From Bryobacterales bacterium (GTDB lineage Bacteria; Acidobacteriota; Terriglobia; Bryobacterales; Bryobacteraceae): a stretch of DNA of 64,000 nucleotides. Shown piece by piece: positions 40,501 through 50,315 of this stretch. The position numbers and the translations under genes are program-made. The stretch is taken from NCBI GenBank assembly GCA_963818065.1, contig CAWFQW010000006.1, positions 204,139 to 268,138 of the forward strand. Reading direction: 5' to 3'. The first letter of the stretch is position 1. Each line of letters starts with the position of its first letter. The notes under the pieces were generated by a model, which worked only from the letters and a program-made list of their open reading frames with translations, ran no database searches and was not told where the DNA came from.

Positions 40501-41823
40501 GTGACTCTTCCTAAAAGTGCCGAACAACTGCGCCGCGTGGTGCGGTTGCCCGACCTGGTTTTGTTCAATGTCACCGTGGTGGTGGGCGTCCGCTGGGTGG
40601 CGGTGGCGGCGCGCACCGGCCCTGGATCCATCACGTTGTGGATCGCGGCGGTATTGCTGTTTTTCATTCCCACCGCTCTGGTAGTGGCGGGACTTTCCCG
40701 GCGATACCCGGAAGAGGGCGGCCTGTATGTATGGACCAGGGAGGCTTTCGGACCCTGGCACGGGTTCTTGTGCGGCGCTTGTTATTTCGTGAGCACTTTG
40801 TTCTTTCTTCCCGTCGTGCTTCTGTACGGGTTGTCCATAGCGGCGGTGGAGTTCGGCTTCTCGCAGGATAAGCTGCTCATGATCGGCCTGGCTCTCGCCA
40901 TCCTGTGGTCCGTGGCAATCCTAAACCTGCTTGGAACGGAATTGGGGAAATGGAACAGCGACATGGGCGGGATCGCCACCATCCTGGTTGGCGCGCTACT
41001 CATCGTGGCAGGCTGGTCCGCCTGGAGGCATGGAGGCTCGGCGACGCCGCTTCGCAATCTCGTGCCGCGGCTGGACTGGGAAAAGCTGAACTTTTGGTCG
41101 CAAATCGCCCTTGGATTGACCGGCCTGGAACTCGGAGCCATCATGGCCGGGGAGATCCGCGACCCTAAGCGCACAATTCCGCGCGCCGCTTGGATGTCGG
41201 GACTGGCGATCTGCGCCTTCTACGTGGGTGGAACACTGGCGCTGCTGGTGCTTGTGCCTTCAGGCCAGGTGGACATCATTTCGGGAGTGATGCAAGCGGC
41301 CCAGGCCGCGGGGACACGCCTGGGATGGTCCGGCTTCCCGCTGCTGATCGCGCTTCTCATTCTGGCCACCGCGGTCGGCGCGTTTGGTTCCTGGCTGAGC
41401 GGCATCGCCCGGCTTCCGTTTGTGATCGGAATCGATCGCTACTTGCCGCCGGCCTTTGCGCGCCTCCATCCGCGTTGGGGCACCCCCTACGTCGCGCTTC
41501 TGGCGGCAGCCGCCTTCACCAGCGTAGCCATCGTGACCATGATGGCGGGTGAGAGCCTGCGCGGCGGCTACCAGATCCTGGTGGACCTCACCACCGTCAC
41601 CACCCTGTTCCCTTTTGTGTACATCTTCGCCGCTGGATGGAAATGCGGCTGGCGCGTGAGCACCGCGTGCGGGCTCGGCGTCACGGCCCTGGCGCTGACG
41701 GTGGCCTTCATTCCGCCCGAGGGTGCTTCGTGGCTCTATGAGATAAAGATGATCGGAGGATGCGCGGCGGTAGTAGTTGCGGCCCGGATGAATTTTCAGT
41801 ACGCCTCCCGGCGCCGCAAATGA
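40501..41823 (+). CDS. APC family amino acid permease
   Basis: 440 aa with a GTG start and about 12 TM helices. LPDLVLFNVTVVVGVRW...YPEEGGLYVW is typical of APC transporters. Confidence 0.85.
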   Translation: MTLPKSAEQLRRVVRLPDLVLFNVTVVVGVRWVAVAARTGPGSITLWIAAVLLFFIPTALVVAGLSRRYPEEGGLYVWTREAFGPWHGFLCGACYFVSTLFFLPVVLLYGLSIAAVEFGFSQDKLLMIGLALAILWSVAILNLLGTELGKWNSDMGGIATILVGALLIVAGWSAWRHGGSATPLRNLVPRLDWEKLNFWSQIALGLTGLELGAIMAGEIRDPKRTIPRAAWMSGLAICAFYVGGTLALLVLVPSGQVDIISGVMQAAQAAGTRLGWSGFPLLIALLILATAVGAFGSWLSGIARLPFVIGIDRYLPPAFARLHPRWGTPYVALLAAAAFTSVAIVTMMAGESLRGGYQILVDLTTVTTLFPFVYIFAAGWKCGWRVSTACGLGVTALALTVAFIPPEGASWLYEIKMIGGCAAVVVAARMNFQYASRRRK

Positions 41824-41849
41824 GCGCTTGACGCGCAGGCCTCCCCGCC

Positions 41850-43979
41850 TTGATTCTTGTACAAAGGTTACTTGTGCCAATCGCGGCGCGTCTGCTCCCG
41901 TTCACATTGCTCGTCGCTGCCGGCATCGCGGGCGCGGCCCAGCAGCGCATTCCACGGCAGACGTTTCCGGCCACTGCAGCTGTACAAGGGATCGTCACCA
42001 CAGAACAGGGCCTCGGCCTCGGTGGCGTTGCGATTCTATTGCAGAACTTGACCACTGGCCGCAGCCTTTCGGCAATCACTGCGGGGGACGGCTCATTCCG
42101 CTTCTTGAATCTGGCGCCTGGTCGATATCAGGTGAAGGCGTCGCGCGATGGTTTCCTGCCCTTCGCGCAAGGCGACATAAATCTGGCCGCGGGTGACGTG
42201 TTCCCGCTGCAGTTCGCGATGGAAGCGATTCCATCGGGCTCCGAAGGCGTCCGCGAAATCCCGCGTCTGCCCGATCTCGGCCCCAAGCCTGCGGCCGCCC
42301 CCCAGCAACCCGCCGCATCGGGCCCGTATCGCAATTTACCCTCGCCGCCTCCGGCCTTGAGCGCGAGCGAGGCCAAGCCGCTATCGCCGCTGCCGACCGA
42401 CGATCAGGTCTTCAACGCCGTCCCGAATCGCTGGAACTATCCTTTCCCCGATTATCATCGCTACCCCGACGGCGAAGTCCCCTATACGAAAGGCCATTGG
42501 TACGATCCGTTCAATCTCAACAAGCTCAAAGGCGACCGGCCGATCATCGGAAACCAAACCTTCTTCGATTTCACCTTCACCAGCGACACCTTCACCGACG
42601 GCCGCCGTTTGCCGGTCGCAAGCGGCGTGAGCACGGCGAGCCCCGGTGAGACCCAGTTTTTCGGGCGCTTCGGCCAATTCCTGATGAGCGAAAACCTGGC
42701 GTTCTCCTTCGACTTGTTCCACGGCGACACGTCGTTCCGGCCAGCTGACTGGCGCATCCAGATCACGCCCGAAGTGAATATCAACTACCTGAAAGTGCAG
42801 GAAACCGGCGTCGTCAACTTCGATGTCCGCGATGGAACCACGCGGCTGGATTCGCACCTGGGTTTGCAGGAAGGCTTCGCCGAAGTGAAGCTGAAGGATC
42901 TGAGCAATCAGTTCGACTTCATCTCGCTGCGCGTGGGCATTCAGTCTTTCACCAGCGATTTCCGCGGCTTCATCTTCTCCGACCAGGAGCCCGGCGCGCG
43001 CCTGTTCGGCAACTTCGACTCCAACCGCTATCAATTCAACCTGGCCTATTTCGCCATGCTGGAAAAGGACACCAACAGCGGCTTGAATTCCATGGCTTAT
43101 CGCCAACAGCAGGTGATGATCGCCAATATCTATCGCCAGGATTTCATCAAGCCCGGTTACACGATCCAGGCGAGCTTCCATTACGACAAGGACGATCCGT
43201 CGTTTCAATACGACACCAATGATTTTCTGGTGCGCCCCGCCCCCATCGGCACAGTGCAGACGCACGCCATTCGTTCTTATTACTACGGGCTCACCGGCGA
43301 CGGCCACTTCGGAAAGCTGAATCTCACGCACGCGTTCTATCAAGTGCTGGGCCATGACAGCTTCAACGAGCTGGCCGGACGCCGCGTGGATATCAACGCG
43401 CAGATGGCCGCCGTGGAACTGTCGCTCGATAAGGATTGGCTGCGCTATCGGGTGTCGTTTTTCTACTCGTCGGGCGATAAAAATCCACGCTATGGAAGCG
43501 CACGCGGCTTCGACACCATCTTCGACAACCCGAATTTCGCGGGTGGCTTCTTCAGCCTGTGGGATCGCGAGGGCATCCCGCTCACCGGCACCGGCGTCAA
43601 CCTGGTGAATCCCGGGAGCCTGGTTCCGGATCTGCGCACCAGCAAGATCGAAGGGCAGGCGAACTACGTCAATCCCGGCTTGTTCCTATACAACGCGGGG
43701 GTGGACGTCGATCTCACGCCCAAGCTGCGCCTGTTCGTCAACGAGAATTTGCTGTTCTTCGCGCGCACCGACCCGCTGGAGCTGCTGCTGTTCCAATCCA
43801 ACATTCATACTGGCATCGGAGCCGACTCGGGCATCGGCCTTTCGTATCGTCCGCCGCTATCGGAAAATATCGTGATCACCGGCGGCGCGGATGCGCTGGC
43901 GCCATTTCAGGGCCTGCGCGATATCTCCACCAATCGAACCCTGCTCTCGGTCTTCGCGAACGTCCGCTTCCGATTCTAA
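41850..43979 (+). CDS. outer-membrane beta-barrel protein with N-terminal carboxypeptidase-regulatory-like domain
   Basis: 709-aa ORF. The signal peptide more likely begins at GTG 41874 (PIAARLLPFTLLVAAGIAGAAQQ). The CarboxypepD_reg pattern is GIVTT..G.GLGGVAILLQNLTTGRS..AITAGDGSFRFLNLAPGRYQV. The rest is a long Tyr/Phe/Asp-rich alternating sequence that ends ...VRFRF. Confidence 0.8.
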   Translation: MILVQRLLVPIAARLLPFTLLVAAGIAGAAQQRIPRQTFPATAAVQGIVTTEQGLGLGGVAILLQNLTTGRSLSAITAGDGSFRFLNLAPGRYQVKASRDGFLPFAQGDINLAAGDVFPLQFAMEAIPSGSEGVREIPRLPDLGPKPAAAPQQPAASGPYRNLPSPPPALSASEAKPLSPLPTDDQVFNAVPNRWNYPFPDYHRYPDGEVPYTKGHWYDPFNLNKLKGDRPIIGNQTFFDFTFTSDTFTDGRRLPVASGVSTASPGETQFFGRFGQFLMSENLAFSFDLFHGDTSFRPADWRIQITPEVNINYLKVQETGVVNFDVRDGTTRLDSHLGLQEGFAEVKLKDLSNQFDFISLRVGIQSFTSDFRGFIFSDQEPGARLFGNFDSNRYQFNLAYFAMLEKDTNSGLNSMAYRQQQVMIANIYRQDFIKPGYTIQASFHYDKDDPSFQYDTNDFLVRPAPIGTVQTHAIRSYYYGLTGDGHFGKLNLTHAFYQVLGHDSFNELAGRRVDINAQMAAVELSLDKDWLRYRVSFFYSSGDKNPRYGSARGFDTIFDNPNFAGGFFSLWDREGIPLTGTGVNLVNPGSLVPDLRTSKIEGQANYVNPGLFLYNAGVDVDLTPKLRLFVNENLLFFARTDPLELLLFQSNIHTGIGADSGIGLSYRPPLSENIVITGGADALAPFQGLRDISTNRTLLSVFANVRFRF

Positions 43980-44016
43980 GCTAGGGCCTTCGTGTATGAT
44001 GATTGGAACCTAAGAC

Positions 44017-44451
44017 ATGACAATTCCAGAACGATTTGGAAAAGGCATCAGCCGTCGTCAGTCGGGAATCCTTTGCCTCGCGCTGCTAATCGCGGGGCTG
44101 TTTACCGCAACTCCTGCAATCGCTCAAGGCTCAGGTTTCAAAATCGGGCCCATCGACAAAGGTTTGGTGGTGGGCGGTATCGTGGGGATTGCGGCGGTTG
44201 TAGCGGCTGCTATCGTGATCACTTACCTGGTCGTTCACAACCACGGAGCGGTCGTGGGCTGTATAGTCGAGTCCGGCGGGAAGAAAACTCTCGTTAGCTC
44301 CGACAAGAAAGTTTACTCGCTTGTTGACTCCGGCCCGCCGTTGCCCGTTGGTGAGCGTGCCAAGTTGAAAGGCCATAAATCGGGCCCGTCGTCGGCGCCC
44401 ACGTTCCAGGTCGTGAAGGTTTTGAAGGACTACGGCCACTGCCAACCTTAG
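44017..44451 (+). CDS. small membrane-anchored hypothetical protein
   Basis: 144 aa. It has a signal/anchor, a second hydrophobic helix (VVGGIVGIAAVVAAAIVITYLVV) and a roughly 70-aa C-terminal domain. It sits between the barrel gene and the giant cytochrome gene. Confidence 0.55.
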   Translation: MTIPERFGKGISRRQSGILCLALLIAGLFTATPAIAQGSGFKIGPIDKGLVVGGIVGIAAVVAAAIVITYLVVHNHGAVVGCIVESGGKKTLVSSDKKVYSLVDSGPPLPVGERAKLKGHKSGPSSAPTFQVVKVLKDYGHCQP

Positions 44452-44503
44452 GACCCCTTCTTCTAGATATCGATGACCACTCGTAGCGTTGCAATTGCTC
44501 TGA

Positions 44504-47500
44504 GTGTCAGCGGCGCTTGCGTCGCTTCTCTGCGCGCTGCTGCTCGGACAGCAATCGAGCCAATCACGCCTCGGCGAATCGCAAGAAGAGGCTGACCGCA
44601 ACAGCGTCGGCTGCGTCGCATGCCACGGCCAGACCGATTCCGCGTCGATGCACACCACGGGGACTGTTCGCTTGGGCTGTGTCGATTGCCACGGCGGCCA
44701 CGCCGGGGTCACGCCGCCCACTGGTGCCCAGAAAGGCTCGGCTGGCTATGACGAGGCCAAAAAAAAAGCGCATCCCAAACCCAGCGTCCCTGAGCTGTGG
44801 CGCAGTTCCGCCAATCCGGTTCGTCCCTTCACCGAATGGCTCAAGGAAACCAAGGAGTACATCCAATTCGTCAATCCGGGCGATCTGCGCGTGGCCGAAC
44901 AAACCTGCGGCTCCGGCGGCTGTCACGCCAAGGAAGTGCTCGCGGTCCGCACCAGCATGATGACCACCGGCGCCATGCTCTGGGAAGCGGCTCTCTACAA
45001 CAACGGCGGCTTTCCCTACAAGGACGCCCGCTTCGGCGAGAGCTATTCGCCGGACGGAGTGGCGCAACGCGTCAACACTTATCCGCCGCCGTCGCAGGAA
45101 CTAACTCGCACCAAAGGCGTGCTCCCGCACCTGGATCCGCTGGCGCGCTGGGAAGTTTCGCAGCCCGGCAATATTCTGCGCGTGTTCGAGCGGGGCGGGG
45201 GAGAGCGCTCCGAAGTCGGCATTCCCAACACTGAGGAAGATCCCGGGCGTCCCGACGTGAAGCTGAGCGAGCGCGGCCTCGGGACCGAGCTGCGGACCGA
45301 TCCGGTTTTTCTCGGGCTCCAAAAGACGCGCCTGCTCGATCCCATTCTCTCGATGCCCGGTACCAACGATCATCCCGGCGACTATCGCAACAGCGGCTGC
45401 ACGGCTTGCCACGTCATCTACGCCAACGATCGTTCGCCCATTCACTCCGGGCCCGTATGCCCAGTACGGCAATCAGGCGCACAGCGCCGAGATCGATCCC
45501 ACCATTCCGCACAACGAGTCCGGCCATCCCATCAAGCACGAGTTCACGCGCTCCATCCCCACCAGCCAGTGCATCGTGTGCCACATCCATCCCGGCACCA
45601 ACATGGTGGCGTCGTATCTCGGCTACATCTGGTGGGACAACGAAACCGACGCCGAGCACATGTATCCGAAGGAGCAGCACAATCCGTCGGATGAAGAGCG
45701 ATTCCAAGCGTGGCTCGCGAATCCGGAGAGCGCCGCCGCGCGCGGGCTCTGGAAGGATCTTTCGTTTCTCGAGAAAACCGGCAGCCCCGAGTTCAATCAG
45801 CAGCTCAAGCACACGCAGTTCGCCGATTTCCATGGCCACGGCTGGGTGTTTCGCGCCGTGTACAAGCGCGATCGCAAGGGCAACCTGCTGGATCCCGAGA
45901 GCCACGTGGTGCCTTCGGACGATAAGGACAAGTTTCAAAAATCAGTCCAGCTCCGCGACATCCATCTCGAGAAGGGCATGCACTGCACCGATTGCCATTT
46001 CGCGCAGGACAACCATGGCGACGGCAATCTCTACGGTGAGACGCGCAACGCGGTCGAGATCGATTGCGTGGATTGCCACGGCGCCATCTCGCACAAAGCG
46101 ACGCTGCGGACTTCAGCCGCGGCCGCGCCCGCCGGCGGCACCGACATCTCGTTGCTCCGCACTCCCTGGGGCCAGCGCCGCTTCTATTGGCAAGACGGAA
46201 AACTCTATCAGCGCTCCATGGTCGACAAGGACCGCGCGCCATGGGAAGTGGTGCAGGTGGTGGATACCATCACGCCCGGCAATCCGCACTACAACGAGAA
46301 GTCGCGGCTGGCCAAGACGATTCTGAAAGACGGGAACACCTGGGGCAGCGTGCCCGGCGACGAATCCACGCTGGCGCATTCCAACGAGCGCATGACCTGC
46401 TACGCCTGCCACACTTCCTGGACCACCAGTTGCTTCGGCTGCCATCTGCCGATGAGCGCAAACCGCAAGCTGCCCATGCTGCACAACGAAGGGCTGACCA
46501 CGCGCAACTACACCGCCTACAATTTCGAAGTGCTGCGCGACGACATTTACATGCTCGGCATTGACGGCACCGTCACCAAGCATCGCATCGCGCCCACGCG
46601 TTCCACCTGCGCCGTCGTCGTCAGTTCGCAGAACGCCAATCGCGACTGGATCTATTACCAGCAGCAGACGATTTCCGCGGAAGGCTTCAGCGGCTTCGGC
46701 GTTCAGCCCTTACTATCCGCACACCGTCCGCGCCACCGAAACCAAAACGTGTACCGATTGTCACGTCTCGCGCGAGGGCGACAACAACGCGTGGATGGCG
46801 CAGCTCCTGATGCAAGGGACAAATCTCGTCAATTTCATGGGACGTTACGTCTACGTGGCCGAAGGTTCCAAGGGCTTCGACGCCGTCGCCGTGGCCGAGC
46901 ATGACGATCCGCCCGCAGTGTTCGGAAGCGATTTGCAGAAGCTTGTCTACTCGAAGGACTACCAGGAAGTGGAGGAGCATCACGGCGAAATTCACGAAGC
47001 CGATCATCACGGGGGCAACGTCCTGGATCTCCAGTTGCGCGGCGAATATCTTTACGCGGCGTTGGGCAAGGACGGTTTCCGAGTCTACGATGTCGCGAAC
47101 ATCGATAACAAGGATTTCTCGGAGAAGATGACCACGGCGCCGGTATCGCCCTTGGGACAGCGGTTCTATGTGAAGACTAAGAACGCTACTGCGGTCGGTT
47201 CGCCATCGACGCTGGCCGTCGATCCCTTGCGCACCCGCATTCCAGCGAACGAAGAGCAGGCCATCGCGTTGATGTACGGATTCCTCTACGTAACCGACGC
47301 CGAAGAGGGGCTGGTGGTGATCGGCGATCCTGACCTTAAAAGCAAAGCTCCCGGCGTGCTCACGCTGCTGGACGGCAATCCTGCGAACAATTTCTTAAAA
47401 CGCGCCACAACATTTAACCCCAATAACGTCTTAAAGGGCGCTCGCCGGATCACTATCGCCGGAACCTATGCCTACATCCTTTGTGATCGCGGCTTGGTAG

Positions 47501-48189
47501 TGGTCAACATCGCCAATCCGCTCGCGCCCAAAGTGGAGTCTGAAATCGGGGCGCCCGATTTGGTCGATGCGGAAGGCATCGCCATCCAGTTCCGCTACGC
47601 TTTTGTCGTGGATCTCCAGGGACTGAAGGTTCTGGATGTCACCTCGCTCGCGCACCCGCGCGTGGTACAGGGCGCGAGTGTTCCGCTTGACGACGCCCGC
47701 AACATCTACATCGCTCGAACGTACGCCTACGTCGCCGGCGGCAAGCAGGGCCTGGTGATCATGGATGTGGAGCGCCCCGAGCACCCGCGCATCGAACAGG
47801 TATTCACCGCGGAGGGCGCCCTGAACGACACGCGCGATGTGAAGCTCGGCATGACCGCCGCCAGCGCATTCGCTTATATCGCCGACGGCCAGAACGGCAT
47901 GCGCATCGTGCAGTTGTTCGCGCCCAACGACACGCCCAATTACCTCGGCTTCAGCCCGAAGCCCACGCCCAGGCTGATCGCCACCTATCGCACCAAAGGC
48001 CCGGCGCTCGCGGTCTCCAAAGGCATCGATCGCGACCGCGCCGTCGATGAAGACGGCAATCAGCTCTCGGTCTTCAATCGCCGCGGCTCACGTCCCTTCA
48101 ATCGCGAGGAAGCACAACGCCTGTATCTAAAGAACGGGCAGGTGTTCACTGTGACGAACGATCCGCCGGGCCCGGCGAGCAACAAGTAG
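44504..48189 (+). pseudogene. giant multiheme c-type cytochrome fused to an LVIVD-repeat beta-propeller (about 1200 aa), 2 frameshifts
   Basis: ORFs 44504..45694, 45576..46904 and 46561..48189 are colinear. Heme motifs are CVACH, CVDCH, CGSGGCH (CX4CH), CTACH, CIVCH, CTDCH, CVDCH, CYACH, CFGCH and CTDCH. The C-terminal roughly 450 aa carries repeats of the G[LF]xV[IVL]DV..P..P type ([51 protein letters not shown]). The shifts are near 45454 and 46700. A possible upstream ATG at 44473 lies in another frame. Confidence 0.8.
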
Positions 48190-48194
48190 CGCGA

Positions 48195-49442
48195 CTATTC
48201 CGCCAACTGTTTGAGGCTATATTTCCCGACGACCGGCTTTTCCTTGCTCCAATCGTGATACGCGTGGCATTCGAAGCAGCGCGCTTCCGCCGCGTCGGGT
48301 CCAGCGCGATGGCATTGCCGGCAGGTCTGAATACCAGGGATCAGCACGTCGGACGTCTCTTGGCTATCCTTCGCCTTCGCGTGACAGGACGCGCATTGCA
48401 GCATCTGATGCGCTTGGTGATCGAAATTCGCGTGCGGCAGCCATCGCGCTGTAATCGCGGCCTTCGCGACCACCGGCAAAATGCTGGGGCCGTCAAGATA
48501 ACTCAAGGTATGGCATTCCTTGCACGATTTTCGCCACAGCAGCAACTGCGCGTCGGTCATGCGCTGCTGGACCCACTCGGCGGCGCTGCGCGCGGGCGGT
48601 TGCGGAGGACGGGTCGGCAGTCGCTTATCAGGTTCGTCTACTAAAGGAATCTCCGCCGGATGCGCCGCGATGTATGCAGTCAGCTTCGCGAACACGAAAT
48701 CGTAGACGACTTTCGGATCCTTGTGCGGCGCCGACTCGCTGAAGCGCCTATCAAATTGCAGCGGGTGGCATGAGGCGCAATGCTTCTCGTAATTGACCGG
48801 CGTCATGTATGGGCGACCGGACGAACCGGACGTCTGGTGGCAATCGGCGCACTTCAACTGCACCGGCCCGGTCGGACCGCGTAGGTCCTCTTTCAGATGC
48901 ACGCGATGGTTGAACTTGATGGTCCCGGGATCCGTCGCGCCCGGCCGCAGCGGGGCGAATTCAGGATGGCTGCGGTCGAATGCACGAATGCTCGAAGCGA
49001 ATTTCGATGTCCCGTGCGTGGTCTTCAAATCCGCATGGCACTGCGTGCAGGCCGCATCGCCGGTGCTTGCCAGCCGAAACGCACCCTGGTGCTCCACATG
49101 GCAGCTTGAGCAGGATGGCGTGAAGGTTTGGTCCGCGTGATGGATCGGGCCATCGTGACACGCCAGACACGCCTGGTCCGTCGCGCTTTGACGATAGCTC
49201 GCATCGGAAACGTGACATACTACGCACTTCTGGCCAAGCAGCGCGTGCGCGTGAGCGAGCGGCCCGGCGTTGTAGGGCTTCGGACTGCCGACCAGCGCGA
49301 ACCATCCCAGCCAGACTAGGCCAACCAGCACAAACGCGCCTGACAGAATCCGCCGCCAGCGTGGAATACCGCGGAGCGCTTTGAAATAGTTTAAATCGAT
49401 CCGCTGCGCGAGCTTCTTGGTGGTGCGTGTGCGTCCCGCCAT
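48195..49442 (-). CDS. membrane-anchored decaheme c-type cytochrome (cytochrome c3-family-like)
   Basis: 415 aa. One N-terminal TM helix (ILSGAFVLVGLVWLGWFALVG). Ten CxxCH motifs: CVVCH, CLACH, CSSCH, CTQCH, CADCH, CASCH, CKECH, CASCH, CRQCH, CFECH. Confidence 0.9.
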   Translation of the reverse strand: MAGRTRTTKKLAQRIDLNYFKALRGIPRWRRILSGAFVLVGLVWLGWFALVGSPKPYNAGPLAHAHALLGQKCVVCHVSDASYRQSATDQACLACHDGPIHHADQTFTPSCSSCHVEHQGAFRLASTGDAACTQCHADLKTTHGTSKFASSIRAFDRSHPEFAPLRPGATDPGTIKFNHRVHLKEDLRGPTGPVQLKCADCHQTSGSSGRPYMTPVNYEKHCASCHPLQFDRRFSESAPHKDPKVVYDFVFAKLTAYIAAHPAEIPLVDEPDKRLPTRPPQPPARSAAEWVQQRMTDAQLLLWRKSCKECHTLSYLDGPSILPVVAKAAITARWLPHANFDHQAHQMLQCASCHAKAKDSQETSDVLIPGIQTCRQCHRAGPDAAEARCFECHAYHDWSKEKPVVGKYSLKQLAE

Positions 49443-49445
49443 GCC

Positions 49446-50306
49446 TTAATATCTCAGCGCCATCACGGCGTGGACGCCGCCCAAAACAAGCAGCGCGATC
49501 GAAAGAGGAACGTGCACCAGCAGCCACGCATGCAGCCAGCGATAGATGCGAATCTGACGGCTCAACTGCCGCTCTTCCTCGCAGATGTTTTCCAGATCGT
49601 CCAGGACTCCATGCACCGGCTCAGCCAGCAGCCGCCGCAAAGCTTCAAACGTTTCCCCGGAGCGCAATCGATCGCTCAGCTCCGCCGTGGGTGTATCGGG
49701 GTCGGCCAGATACGGCCGGACCTTGCGAAGATAGACTTCGCGAAAGCGTTCGCGATCCTCGTGCTCGATCTCGACCAGTGCAATCTCCGCTCCCACGCCA
49801 CCCACCGGACCACAAATTGCAGCGGCAAGTTGATCGGCTTCTTCTCGAAGCTGCGCGCGCACATGCGGGATCTCCTCATAGATAGTCTCCAGCGGCACAC
49901 GCGACATCATGAAGCTGGGCACATAATGCTGGATCGCGGCTCCCAGAATGCCGCTGCCGATTACGATGAAGAACAGCAACATCAGCACCAGCGTCAGCGG
50001 TCCGCGAAAGGCGAAGCCACCGTGAAAAAGAATCAGGAGCAAACTCAGCAGACCCAGCCATAGGTGCCCGCGCATCCAAGTTTGGGCGCGTCCGATGCGC
50101 CAGGTCGGAACTTGTTTGCGCGCGCCCAGGAGTCCCGCGTACAGCATCAGCCCATAGCCGGCGATTCCGAATGTTAGCCCCATCGCGCTTCCGCCGCGCG
50201 GTCCGGAGGGAGTGTCGACCGAGTAGACGACGTACGCTACGCAGCTCACGATCGCGAGCACAATAGTTGCGATCACCCAGGGACGGTGTGTCCGGTCGAT
50301 CCGCAT
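49446..50306 (-). CDS. 5-TM His-rich membrane protein (candidate b-heme subunit)
   Basis: 286 aa. Four N-terminal TM helices, a roughly 110-aa soluble insert, and one C-terminal TM helix. Histidines within TM segments: GHLWLGLLSLLLILFHGG, AAIQHYV, LHAWLLVHVPLSIALLVLGGVHAV. A GAGG SD is present. It lies 3 nt upstream of the decaheme gene. Confidence 0.7.
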   Translation of the reverse strand: MRIDRTHRPWVIATIVLAIVSCVAYVVYSVDTPSGPRGGSAMGLTFGIAGYGLMLYAGLLGARKQVPTWRIGRAQTWMRGHLWLGLLSLLLILFHGGFAFRGPLTLVLMLLFFIVIGSGILGAAIQHYVPSFMMSRVPLETIYEEIPHVRAQLREEADQLAAAICGPVGGVGAEIALVEIEHEDRERFREVYLRKVRPYLADPDTPTAELSDRLRSGETFEALRRLLAEPVHGVLDDLENICEEERQLSRQIRIYRWLHAWLLVHVPLSIALLVLGGVHAVMALRY

Positions 50307-50315
50307 CGCGCCTCG

